Origin: Octopus sinensis
Taxonomy: Eukaryota
Direction of reading: 5' to 3'
Assembly (NCBI RefSeq): GCF_006345805.1
Contig: NC_043003.1
Coordinates: forward strand, 113,088,001-113,152,000
Length of the DNA: 64,000 nucleotides
Part shown: piece by piece, positions 26,522-38,441 of the stretch
Numbering within the stretch: the stretch's first letter is position 1
Layout: each line of letters begins with the position of its first letter
The notes under the pieces: model-generated
Seen by the model: the letters and a program-made list of their open reading frames with translations, nothing else
Told to the model about the DNA's origin: nothing
The model's database searches: none
Position numbers and translations under genes: made by a program

Positions 26522-26908
26522 TAATAATAATAATAATAATAACAACAATAATAGATAAAGATCCTGGTTTTCTCTATTATATCGGTACAGCGTCGTCCTC
26601 ACTATGTCACGTTGGTCATCATCGTATTCTCGTGACGTAGCTCTTCCTAATACTTCTGCTGCATTCGCTAAGAATGCATTTACATTTTGCTCTACTTCTT
26701 CATTGCCGCTTTTGATGTTTCTGTTCTCACTGGGCACGTTATCTGTTGGTGAACTATTATTTCTCTCTTCTAATCTCCTTGTTATATCTCTTCTATTTCT
26801 ATGTCTGTTAATCACCCTTTTACTCTTATTACCTGATCGGCTAACCGTTACTCACTTGTTTCGAAGAGTCCTATCTCATTCCATTTTGCTTTCATTCGTT
26901 GTCGGAAT

Positions 26909-27113
26909 CCAACCACATGGTTCCGGGTTCAGTCCCACTGCGTGGCACCTTGGGCAAGTGTCTTCTACTATAGCCTCGGACCGACCAAAGCCTTGTGAGT
27001 GGATTTGGAAGACGGAAACTGAAAGAAGCCCGTCGTATATATGTATGTATATGTGTGTATATGTTTGTGTGTCTGTGTTTGTCCCCCCAACCGGTGCTGG
27101 TGTGTTTATGTCC
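26909..27113 (+). mobile_element. Internal fragment of SINE family C (no head start, no tail)
   Basis: ccaaccacatggttccgggttcagtccc...ggtgtgtttatgtcc matches 50016-50241; flanked by tccaa on both sides. Confidence 0.85.
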
Positions 27114-27378
27114 AAGCTGTTCCAGCTTCATTAACACCATCATTTGATATATTTGCATCAGACATTTTCACTCGACATTGCAGTATGTGTTTCAAGGTTA
27201 GCCACAAATCGATACTTTTTATCGAGAAACAATCTCTTGTAAGATTGTCAACCAAGACTTCAGAGCCCTTTCTACCCATAAGTTGGGCCTGTTCCCTTCG
27301 CATTTCTGTGCGTTGGAGACCATGAACTTACCGGAGAATTAGCACTTATACACTCATACAAACAGACAGACACACACA

Positions 27379-27409
<31 letters not shown>

Positions 27410-27451
27410 CACAAATATGTATATCTGTATATATAATACATATATATTTTA

Positions 27452-28025
27452 GTTAGGCCTAGAAATATACGCAGACCTAGGATTATAGGAAAACCTAAGA
27501 CTGAAGAAAGACGTAGGATTATAGACTGATCTAGGATTCTAGAGAGATGAAGTATTATAGTCCTAGAATTATGGAAAAACTGAGAATTATAGAGAAAATT
27601 ATTGTTATATATTGACCTAACATTATAGAAAGACGTAGGATTAGAGATAAAACTAGTATTATGATAGATCTAGGATTATAAAGGGACCTGGAATTATTGA
27701 TAGACACATGATTATAGAAAGAGCTGGCATTATTGAACGAGGATTATATATAGACCTATAAATATAGATAGGCCTAGAATTATAAATATATGTAGGATTA
27801 TGGAAAAAAAATAGGATCATAGATAGAGGACAAACCTATATAGATAGACCTAGAATTATAGACAGACCTATTCTAATAGATAGACCTGTAATTATAGATA
27901 GACGTAAGATTATAGAATGAGGATTATACATATACTAATATTTATAGATAGAGAGAGTATTACAGATAGACTTAGGATTACAGAAAGACTCAGAGATTAT
28001 AGATAGACCTAGGATTACAGATAGC
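27452..28025. repeat. Degenerate ~18-bp minisatellite (AGATAGACCTAGGATTAT), roughly 30 units
   Basis: Recurrent attatag/ggattat at ~18-bp period, e.g. agatagacttaggattac, agatagacctaggattac. Confidence 0.85.
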
Positions 28026-29163
28026 CGTTGAGATGTTGGTGATGGTTGTCGTCGTCTTCTCAATCATCAGTGGCGTGGTTGTGATGATCGATGCTGAAGA
28101 AATATGTTGATACTGACGGTAGTAGAGGTAATGGTTGTGTTAGCTTTGGAGTTACCAATGAACATTGAGGGTTAGTGGAGGTGATGGGGTGATGGTAATT
28201 TTAATGGTAGTGGTGGTGGTGGTGGTGGTGGTGTGGGTGGTGGTGACGAGGTATTGGTGATATGAAGACGGTAATGTTTTTGGTAAAGCTGCTATAGTTG
28301 CGACAACGGGTGCCAATAGATTCCGTTTCGACCGACATTGGGTTACTGCTTGTCCTCTTGCATTATAATCATTCAAGCATTTGTGCAAGATCACGTCTTA
28401 GGAAAGACGAGGTCAGTTTGCATTGCGAACCAATGAACGAACTGTATGCATATAATCTATCAATGTTTGTTCGGGGCCAGTTTATTAACGATTGTCTTGT
28501 GAAATATTCCTGAACGAATACAAGAAAAGACAAAAAAAAAAAAACAATAACGAGAATCGGCGATCAGCAAATAACGGTATCAGTAGCGAACTAGTCCGAA
28601 ATCAATAGAGAAGTATCGTCTATTGGTACAATCTTTGCTTTGTTTGCCAGCTTGGTTTGCTTGCTGATTTCCCCTATTTTAATTGTTTTTTATTGCTGTT
28701 TTTTTTTTGGATTATTAGTGATTGGGACAAATGTGGAGGAAAGTATTTTGTTTCGAATAAAAAGAGAAGAAAACTTGTATAGATATGTTGATTCTTCATT
28801 CTATACTTTCGTTGTTTTGCTACATTTTTTTTCTAACACTTCTGTGCATACATACACAGAACATTGTAAGCGCTTACACACACGCACACGCGCCCACAGT
28901 CACGCTCACACACTCTCACGCACGCACATGCTTCTACACATGTTCACGCTCACAATATACACAAGGCACTGTGCGCATACATTCAACATAACGAAAATGA
29001 GAAAGGACAAATCTTAAGGCGTTGATAAGTCAACTTTAATTAGTAAAATATAGGTTGGCATTTGCAGGAAAATAGTGACCTTTGGGGACAATCGAGAAAC
29101 TGGCAACATTGATAGGATGGAATACTGTGCGAGGGTAGTCGTGCGACAACTTGGGTAAACTCA

Positions 29164-29760
29164 GGCGGCGAACTGGCAGAATCGTTAGCACGCCGGTCGA
29201 AATGCTTAGCGGTATTTCGTCTGCCGTTACGTTCTGAGTTCAAATTTCGCCGAGGTCGACTTTGCCTTTCATCCTTTCGGGGTCGATAAATTAAGTACCA
29301 GTTACGCACTGGGGTCGATGTAATCGACTTAATACCTATGTCTGTCCTTGTTTGTCCCCTCTGTGTTTAGCCCCTTGTGGGTAATACAGAAATAGGTATT
29401 TCGTCTGCCGTTACGTTCTGAGTTCAAATTCCGCCGAGGTCGACTTTGCCTTTCATCCTTTCGGGGTCGATAAATTAAGTACCAGTTACGCACTGGGGTC
29501 GATGTAATCGACTTAATACCTATGTCTGTCCTTGTTTGTCCCCTCTGTGTTTAGCCCCTTGTGGGTAATACCGAAATAGGTATTTCGTCTGCCGTTACGT
29601 TCTGAGTTCAAATTCCGCCGAGGTCGACTTTGCCTTTCATCCTTTCGGGGTCGATAAATTAAGTACCAGTTGCGCACTGGGGTCGATGTAATCGACTTGA
29701 TTTGTTTGTCTGTCCTTGTTTGTTCCCCTCTGTGTTTAGCCCCTTGAGGGCAATGAAGAA
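29164..29760 (+). mobile_element. SINE family B: one head plus three tandem 184-bp body units, single 16-bp TSD
   Basis: Units start ggtatttcgtctgccg at 29211, 29395, 29579; TSD acaacttgggtaaact (29146-29161) / acaactcgggtgaact (29761-29776). Core ctttgcctttcatcctttcggggtcgataaattaagtaccag resembles a Meta/Nin-type conserved SINE domain (from memory). Confidence 0.92.
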
Positions 29761-30571
29761 ACAACTCGGGTGAACTTGTGTGAGGGTGGGAAAAAAGGGA
29801 AAAGATGGGGGTTGGGGTGGAAATAAATGAAGATTGCAAAAAATTATGTTTTCTACTTTAGAGACATTGTATTCTCACTGCAAGTGATTGCTTGCGGGGA
29901 ATGGCGGGGCTGGGGCGTCGTTCAGATTTTGTATACACATTTCTGTTGCTTAGTCGCACGGCTTGAGCTAAACTAGAGATTATCTTCATTTGGAAATATT
30001 GTGGCAAGTATGGCGCTTCGGCCCGGTGGTGATGTTGTGCCACAGGAGGTTGTGCCAGGAGAGGGGGTGCTGTCATCTTCATCAGGTTGTGATCAGACCG
30101 TTCCACTAAACAAAGAGACTTTGGGAGGTGGCCTTTATGATGAAGCAAAAGCCGAGATTATTTGCTGTGTCAGTGTGTCAGAGATGTATATGGTAATATT
30201 ATAGTAACTGGTACTGACATTCAGTGACACAGCTTCCAGCGGTTATACGATGTTGAGAGAAGTTAAGGCAGACATCCCCAATACTGGTGGTGAGGCAGTT
30301 GATTATTCACCGATGAAAAACTTGATTGTACAACGGTAGATACGGTTTATGAACTTAGAATATGGACTTGAGCCAGAGTAACTACAAGCTATTATTGCTG
30401 TATTCCAGATGAGAGACAGAGGAATTGTAGAAAGAATGATAAATCCTACTCGACAAGACAAGTCGCTAGGTAGATAGTGACGTGTATTATAGCAAAATAA
30501 TAGCAAATTTCTGCGTCATAGAAGCACGCATATTTTGTATGTCTTTAAGAGGTGGCAGGATCTACGTTTAA

Positions 30572-30738
30572 ATCTTTGTTTTGCTGCAAGATCAGACTGA
30601 ATCTAAAGATGCAACTTACGAAACTATGCGGCAAGCAGCGAATTGATGCAATGATGATACATTAGCCAGATAAACCAGAAGAGTTCAGAAAGTTACTGGC
30701 AGGCTCCCTACCCGCAGATCCTCGGTTGTAGAGGTAGA
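30572..30738 (+). repeat. Local direct duplication of 33104-33273
   Basis: atctttgttttgctgcaagatcag...gatcctcggttgtagagg at both sites with few substitutions and one 3-bp indel. Confidence 0.92.
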
Positions 30739-30816
30739 TCTAAATAGAACGAAGGAGAAAAATTTTTGCTCGGAGTTAACTAAAATTAGCGTGTTTTATT
30801 ATTAACATTTAGTGTA

Positions 30817-31022
30817 AAGCGGTGAGCTAGCAGAATCGTTACCATGCTGGACCAAGTACTTAGCAGCACTTTTTACGGTTATTGAGTTATATCACCGAGG
30901 TCGACTTTGTCTTTCATCCTTCTGGGGTTGATAAAATAAGCAACAGCTGAGCACCGGGGTTGGTGTCAACGTTCTAGTCCCGACCTCCAAAATTTCAGGC
31001 TTTGAGCCTAAAGGGGAAACGA
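30817..31022 (+). mobile_element. Older monomeric SINE family B copy
   Basis: gcggtgagctagcagaatcgtt...ccgaggtcgactttgtctttcatccttctggggttgataaaataag. Confidence 0.75.
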
Positions 31023-32015
31023 TTCTCTTGTGCAGTTAGTGTGGTGAAAAGAAATCATAAGCGAACCACAAAAGTATTCTTCATAACCAGGGTTTTTATC
31101 TGTGGGACTTGTTGGAGTAAAGAAAGTGGCCTTTGAGATCTACTTGTGAGGTCACTTGTCACATATTATGGTGCGATGAAAGTAGAGAATTACTCACGTT
31201 ACGTGATCGGTTAATCTCCTTCGTTGTTTAATAAGCGATTAACGTATATTAAACAAGGATATTCAGTGTGACGCAATAACTGTTAGGCGTGGCCTTTGAG
31301 GTGCAAGCACAATCCATGGTTTCTATCAAATTCCCATATAACGAATTCCACAGAGCTGAGGATCGAGTAAAAGGCCCAGGATGATAGCTAGAGAGATAGT
31401 TGCTTCTATATTCTTTTATTTTTTTCAGTTCGAGAGCAGCGGCCACGTTGGGGCACACGCATACACACACATACACAGAATACGGATTAGAGCCAGTGAT
31501 TCAAAAGTATTTGGATATCGTTCAATAGGGCTTTGGATTCCGCTGACACTTTTATACAATTCTAAGTAATGGAATTGCATCAATAATATGTTTGTTGCCA
31601 TGACAACACAGTGTTCCACTAGATTACATTGAGTGGAAAAAAGTAGCAGATCGTAGCCTTATCAAACACAAACAGAAAGTCGGCTTTCAAGAAAAATGTG
31701 CAAATATACAAAGATATTATACAAATTCAAATAACACTCTAACACCAAAAATATATTCAGGTACAGACACATGAAATGAACGCGGACATCTGCATGTGTG
31801 TATGTGCTTGTGTGTGTGTGTGTGTGTGTGTATGCGTGTATGTGTTTGTGTGTATTAATGACTTTGCGCGTGCGAGCGTGTGTGTGTGTGTGTGTGTGAG
31901 AAAGAGAGAGAGAGAGAGAGAGAGAGAATGTGTGTGTGTGTTTATATTAAATGTTGACTGGCATCTCTAAGTTTCCTCTCACGCTTGACTGCTCACGGAG
32001 ATCAGCCAATGCTGA

Positions 32016-32050
<35 letters not shown>

Positions 32051-32417
32051 GTACTGATCCATGATAGAAAATTCAGCAAAAAGTACCTTTAAATAAATAA
32101 TATATATATATATATCGCGGGGTCTATCGTAGTGTTAATAATTAATGACTGTCCTCATAGATACACTGTTAGTCTGTTCTTATCCTTAATGGTGTGTCAG
32201 GTTTGGAGAAATTCTTCACACTTGAGATTATCTCCCTTGTTCAGCGGAGCTGGTTTTAATTGCAATTTGGTAATTGTTACACTTCCTCTAGATGAGGAGA
32301 TAATTCTAATAAATCAAGAAGTGCTGTTGTATGCTATTTGTTATTCACATATTTGTCTATGGCGTTCATATATTTACTACCTGCCATTCGGAGTTATTTC
32401 GCCGACCACATTTTTAG

Positions 32418-32476
<59 letters not shown>

Positions 32477-32884
32477 GCACACAAAGACAGAGATAAATAG
32501 ATAAGGAGAGAGTGAGAATGAAGAAGAACGCATATCTTTTTACCAAACTAAATCTTATGCATTGGAAGGCACCTCATTCATCATACAAACGATCGATATT
32601 AATTCGATATCCAGTCTCGAACACCATTTCTGCATCTTTCAGTTTCCCCCATCTTGACAGTTTCGCTTATTCGCCTCCACTAGACTAAAATTTATCACCT
32701 CTGACTGCCTACCTATTAAATTTCTATAACAACATAAATATGTGTACTTGTGAGTATGCGTGCGTGCATGTGTCTATGTATGCATGTGTATATGTATAAT
32801 TGCAGAAGCTCCAAAACCGTGACAACTGCTGCTGCTGCAGCTTGGCGGTTTCAACGCCAGATTGGGTGGCTGCTATGAACCCTA

Positions 32885-34370
32885 GCCAAGCTACATGGGT
32901 GAGCATCGGATTTGCTGTATAAATATCAACGAACAACCCTCGCTTGAGTTGAGTACACTGCATGAACTGTGTGTCACCAGTGTTTTGTACATATCCCCGA
33001 TCCAGACACTAGCATCGACTAGAGCTTATAATTACAAGACAATTCCATTCGAAGAATTTAGTCATGGCTCGATTCTTCCTCACTGCAGACTATATCATAA
33101 TTCATCTTTGTTTTGCTGCAAGATCAGACTGAATCTAAAGAAGATGCAGCTTACGAAACTATGCGGCAAGCAGCGAATTGATGCAATGATGATACATTAG
33201 CCAGATAAACCAGAAGAGTTCAGAAAGTTACTGGTGGGCTCCCTACCCTCAGATCCTCGGTTGTAGAGGCAGAGATGTAATGGGATACTCTCAGGAACAC
33301 TACCCATAGAACTGCATTGAAGGTCTTTGTTAGGAAATGCTACAAGTTGCAAAATTAGTTTGAGGCAGGTTGGGCAAGTTCGCCGCTGTCATCGAGGCAA
33401 AATATTACCATTATTAAAACATAAACGCTACTTCACCGATGTGACCATGTCAGCACAAAGAAAATTAAGATGCAAGTTTCAGAAAACAATCAGATTCTAT
33501 GCAAATGACAGCTAGTTTCTGGGTTTGCAAATATATTCACTCATCACCTGGGACAGATGTTATCTGTGGAAGATATGAGAAAACAAAGAAGGCCATCGGC
33601 CCAATCATGTTGTTGTTTTGTTTCTTCTCGAGTCATGCCTGGCTCATAAGGGCCGGTTTCCCGATTTCTTGGTGTATAGGTTTCCCACCTGGATGGGACG
33701 CCGGTCCGTCGCAGGTGAGCTGCAAGATGCAGGAGGAAAGAGGGAGAGAAAGTTGTGGCGAAAGAGTCAGCAGAAGTTCGCCATTACCTTCTGCCTGAGC
33801 TGCGTGGAGCTTAGGTGTTTCGCTCATAAACACACACATCGTCCGGTCTGATATTTGAATCCGCGATCCCTCGATCGTGAGTCCGCTGCTCTAACCACTA
33901 GGCCATATGCCTCCACCGGCCCAATCATGAGCAAGACAACACCGACTATTGAAAACCGTAACATGCGAAACCCTCGAAGACAAAAACAACCAGACGGAAA
34001 TCTGGGTAGAACATGAATCCCAAACTCTATTCCACAGAAAACCCCATCCCAGACAGTGTGCTAGACACCACGGAACGTTTGCAAGTGATGGAGGAACTGG
34101 ATACTGGCTGTCTGTTGAAAAACTGACCAAAACTATTGATTACTTTTCTGTTTGGTAAAGCACTGGGACTGGATGGCATTTCATTAGAGATCATCAAACG
34201 AACAAAGAGCATCCTTTTGCGACACCTTTGCAAACTGCTGTGCTTTCATGGATAGAGCAGTGCTACAGGGTGTGAGGGGCTGCAATATTGTTACTTTGTT
34301 CAAAAAGAAAGGAAATAAAAGCGATTATAGCAACTACAGAAGAATTTCCTTGCAGATCATCTTTCGGAAG
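32885..34370 (+). mobile_element. Decayed RTE-clade LINE (end of APE to start of RT), split by a SINE
   Basis: NINEQPSLELSTLHELCVT, SLFCCKIRLNLKK, RWVEH-like, GKALGLDGISLEIIK, IVTLFKKKGNKSDYSNYRRISL. Confidence 0.75.
33610..33916 (-). mobile_element. tRNA-derived SINE, family A, full length with 13-bp TSD
   Basis: TSD cggcccaatcatg at 33597-33609 and 33917-33929. Confidence 0.93.
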
Positions 34371-34900
34371 AAAATTCCTGAAAAGAGGTAAATCAACTCT
34401 AAAATGATCTAATAAATTTTTAAAAGAATTTTAAAATTTCAAATCTTTGATTATAGTTTATGTAATAGAAATAAAATGTTTTCCAAAATCAAGAACTGTT
34501 CCATAGAAAAGAAATGGCAAAAACTTTTACGCAACAATGCTTCGTTTCTGTTTGGGGGCGGCAATTCACTTCGCCATTCAAAAACTAATAAAACTTGGTG
34601 CGCAGGTTATTAAAGACAGAAAGCTAAATCTTGCAGTCGTTGTTCAAGATACTGACGAATGGTAAATTATGTGTGTGTGTGTGTGTGTGTGTGTATACTA
34701 ATAATAACAATAGTCCCTGGGGTATTGTGTATTATCATTGTTATTATTATATTTATCCTACAGTATATCAGTACAGCTCGATGCAACCCCAAAACTTGTT
34801 CATCAGTCAGCATCGTTAGACTGTGGCTGGCATAATGGAATGGAACCTTTATTTGCATAATCAAAGAGTTTCCCGTAAACAATTATGTTTGTATGTGTAA

Positions 34901-34970
<70 letters not shown>

Positions 34971-34973
<3 letters not shown>

Positions 34974-36212
34974 GGGTTGGACAAAATAATGAAAACACCT
35001 AGCATCATAATATCATAATTTTGAAATATCTATAAAACCGGCAAAAGCTTGTTTATTTTTACGTTTTTTTATATATTATTAGTGTTGTTTAATATGTTTT
35101 GCTAAAGTTGTTGTTTCTTTTCAGATATCATGAGAAAAAGGGAATTAAAATTTATTAAAATGACAAATCTATCGGACTTTCAACGAAGTCAAATTGTTGG
35201 TGCTCATATGGTAGGCGCTAGCGTTACGAAAACAGTTGAAATGTTTGATGTATCAAGAAATACTGTCTCGAAAGTGATGACAGCCTTTGGGAAAGAGGGA
35301 AAAACCTCCTCGTCGAAATAAAACTCCGGAAGAAAACCAAAACTTTCAGAGAAGGACTGCTGGACTCTTACACGAATTGTTAGAAAGGATCACAAAAGTG
35401 CAGCTCCCAAAATTACTGCAGAGCTTAATGACCACCTCGAAAACCCAAATTCCACAAAAACTGTTCGCTAGGAGATGCACAAGACCAGATTTCACGGGAG
35501 TGCTGCAATCAGAAAACCCCTACTTTCAAATACAAAAGTCGCAAAGCTTTTAAAGAGGAGTAAAAACCTACAGAATTGGTCCCTAGATCAGTGGAAGAAT
35601 GTTATTTTCTCGGATGACTAATCCTTTACTTTATTTCCGATTACCGGCCGAGTATACGTGTGGAGAGTATACGCATTTGATCCAGAATGCCTTCTTCCAA
35701 CTATTAAGCATGGAGGAGGATCTGTGACGATCTGGGGAGGGGGAGGGTTATATCTTGGCAGAATTAACAGTCAAGACTATTTATGCATTTTGTCTGATCG
35801 AATTCATCCTATAGTTGCCGAACTATCTTCAGAGGGAGACACAACCTTTCAGGATGATAATGCACCAATTCACACATCTAAATTGTTACTGAATGGTACG
35901 AGGAACATTCTAGTGAATTTGACCATCTTATCTAGCCACCACAGTCCCCAGATCTCAATATTACTGAACATTTATGGTGCATTTAAGAAAAACAAGTAAG
36001 GAATCGATATCCTCCACCATCACCACTACAAGAACTGGAGACTGTTTTAGCTGAAGAATGGACAATAATTCCTTTGGAAACAATTCAAACTTTGTACGAG
36101 ACCATACCTCGTAGAATTCAAACTGCAATTACTGCCAAATGCGGTCCTACTCCATATTAAAATAATTGTTTTTGAAATTTTAAGGTGTTTCCATTATTTT
36201 GTCCGACCACTG
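34971..36212 (+). mobile_element. Full-length Tc1-like DNA transposon with disrupted transposase
   Basis: ~30-bp TIRs caggggttggacaaaataatgaaaacacct / aggtgtttccattattttgtccgaccactg flanked by TA; LSDFQRSQIVG (HTH), SGRKPKL, WKNVIFSD, KHGGGSV, FQDDNAPIHT, SPDLNITEHLW; stops and frameshifts. Confidence 0.93.
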
Positions 36213-36225
36213 TATATATATATAT

Positions 36226-36280
<55 letters not shown>

Positions 36281-36486
36281 TGTGTGTGTGTGTGTGTGTG
36301 AGCTGCGTATTTAAAGTAATACCCTATAAAGATTGTATTTGACACTTTTCTTCTTCTTCCTTCTTGGTCATACTTCCGCTTTCAATTGATATTCTTATTG
36401 AAATTTACGCATTCATCTACGTATGTATGCAGTTATATACAACAGGTTATATTTATGCATACAAATATATAATATATATATATATT

Positions 36487-36551
<65 letters not shown>

Positions 36552-37218
36552 TATATGTACATATATACATATACATATATAAACATGCTCACATACATAC
36601 ACTTATATGAATGTACATATATGTGTATACATACACGCACATAAGCACTTCAACACATAAATGCGCGCGTACACACACACACACACATGTGTGTGTGCTG
36701 GAGATGTAAAAACGTAAAGAGGAAAGATTTTCGAGAATTTATCAATAGGAAAAAAATATATTATCGATATGGAAGCAAATCTATATGTGAGAAATACTAA
36801 AGTAAAAAAGATGAAGAAAATACAAATACAAGAAGCAGGATCTAAAAAGAAATTCCACGCATAAATCAAAAATTAGATGCATGTGTATGCATGCTGTCAT
36901 GCATGTATATGTATCTATATTCCATAATAAATGGCAAGAAAGGGATTATAAAACTCAACGCCTACAAAATCGTGCGAGAATTTCTAATAGCAAACGTGTT
37001 CTTAACGGTGGTAGACAAGCTAATCTGTCGATTAAATATGATTTTCGATTGAGAAAACCGTGTATGGTAAGATTTCTGACACGATGCCAAGAGAGATGGC
37101 TTCAGGGTTAACTTGGAACTGCAAATCTGCAAAGATTATATGTATACATGCCTATATGTATGCGGAAGTAATACATGCAGAGATACGTACATCGAATGCT
37201 CGTATATATACATATATA

Positions 37219-37263
<45 letters not shown>

Positions 37264-37322
37264 GCATATATTGTACATGTCTGTATATATGTGTGTGTAC
37301 GTATATGTATGTATATATCTGT

Positions 37323-37354
<32 letters not shown>

Positions 37355-37704
37355 CGCGCATGTGTATGCGTGCGTATGTTTGTAATGTATGTATTTCTGC
37401 GTGATCTTATTGGCTTGTGATCTGAGGCAGTATAAAGTTCTCGGTGTGTCTGTGTGTACCACATATTATGGGCGTGTGTTTTAATATGTAAGTGCGGATA
37501 AATGCTTGACAGTTTGTGTTTGCCTGTGTGTGTGTATGTGTGAATGTGTGTGTGTTTGAGTGCGGGCGGGAATACCTGATGTGTTCTTGCGTTTATGACG
37601 GAAAACTAATTATGGTTGTTTCCATTTAATAATGAGAATATTTGTACAAGATAAATAATCTTATATATGCACAGGCGTACACATATACATGCATGAATAC
37701 GTAT

Positions 37705-37744
<40 letters not shown>

Positions 37745-38441
37745 GCATGATACATACGTACACACACACACACATACACACCGTCATATGTAGCTATGTA
37801 TGTGCGTGTATGTGTTAAAGAGAGAGGGCGTGTTGAATACTATTTATGTATTTAAAGATTCTGCCCATTTGAGAATCAAACATTGTCGTTAATGACAGCT
37901 ATCTGTATAATATTGGCTTTGAAATCACGAAACTCAAAACAATCTTTATCTGGCTCTTACTATGAAGATTTTGGCATCTTGCAAGATGTTTCCAATCCAA
38001 CCAAACGACTGAGCTTTGTTGGAGGTTAAGGTAATGTCAACTGCTAGTTGAACATCAACCGGCGTCAGATTGGCAGAAAACCAGCATAATAGCTTTGTAC
38101 AAGTATATTTCTCTCTAAAACTTTTTGCAAGTGCCTCTTACAAATCAAACTGTCTCTCCAGATAGCGATTCACTGAGGATATCAGTTCCTATGAGGGACA
38201 TCATAAGAGCTTCAGAGAACAAGAAATAATAGCTTTGAAGTTCGCTCGTTGTTAAACGCAATTAAAAGCATGTTCTCTTAAAACATTGTGTGGCACATGT
38301 AGAATAATACGATGGCCTGTTATCAAAGAGAGGAATTTGCGACGCAAGTTCGATTTTCAATTTATTGTCTTACGCTTAATTTGCACTTTACATATAATAT
38401 TTACTAATGAATAAGACAGAAACATTCATAGTGATAAATAG

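Noticed and set aside
27452-28025. Regularly spaced motif as a CRISPR array
   Set aside because: Contiguous degenerate 18-mers without spacers, eukaryotic context, no cas genes.
28298-28513. STDIGLLLVLLHY, reminiscent of DTD-LL motifs in some transposases
   Set aside because: One weak motif, no TIRs or further homology.
29211-29760. 184-bp tandem units as a retrozyme or CRISPR-like array
   Set aside because: No hammerhead core on either strand of the unit and no unique spacers; explained as SINE body repeats.
29990-30530. GC-richer stretch with a 67-aa ORF, possible host exon or retroelement ORF1 relic
   Set aside because: Several stops, no recognisable motif or convincing splice pair; cannot be supported without a search.
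37870-38260. Unique-looking sequence that might be a host exon
   Set aside because: Stops in the frames examined and no recognisable domain.
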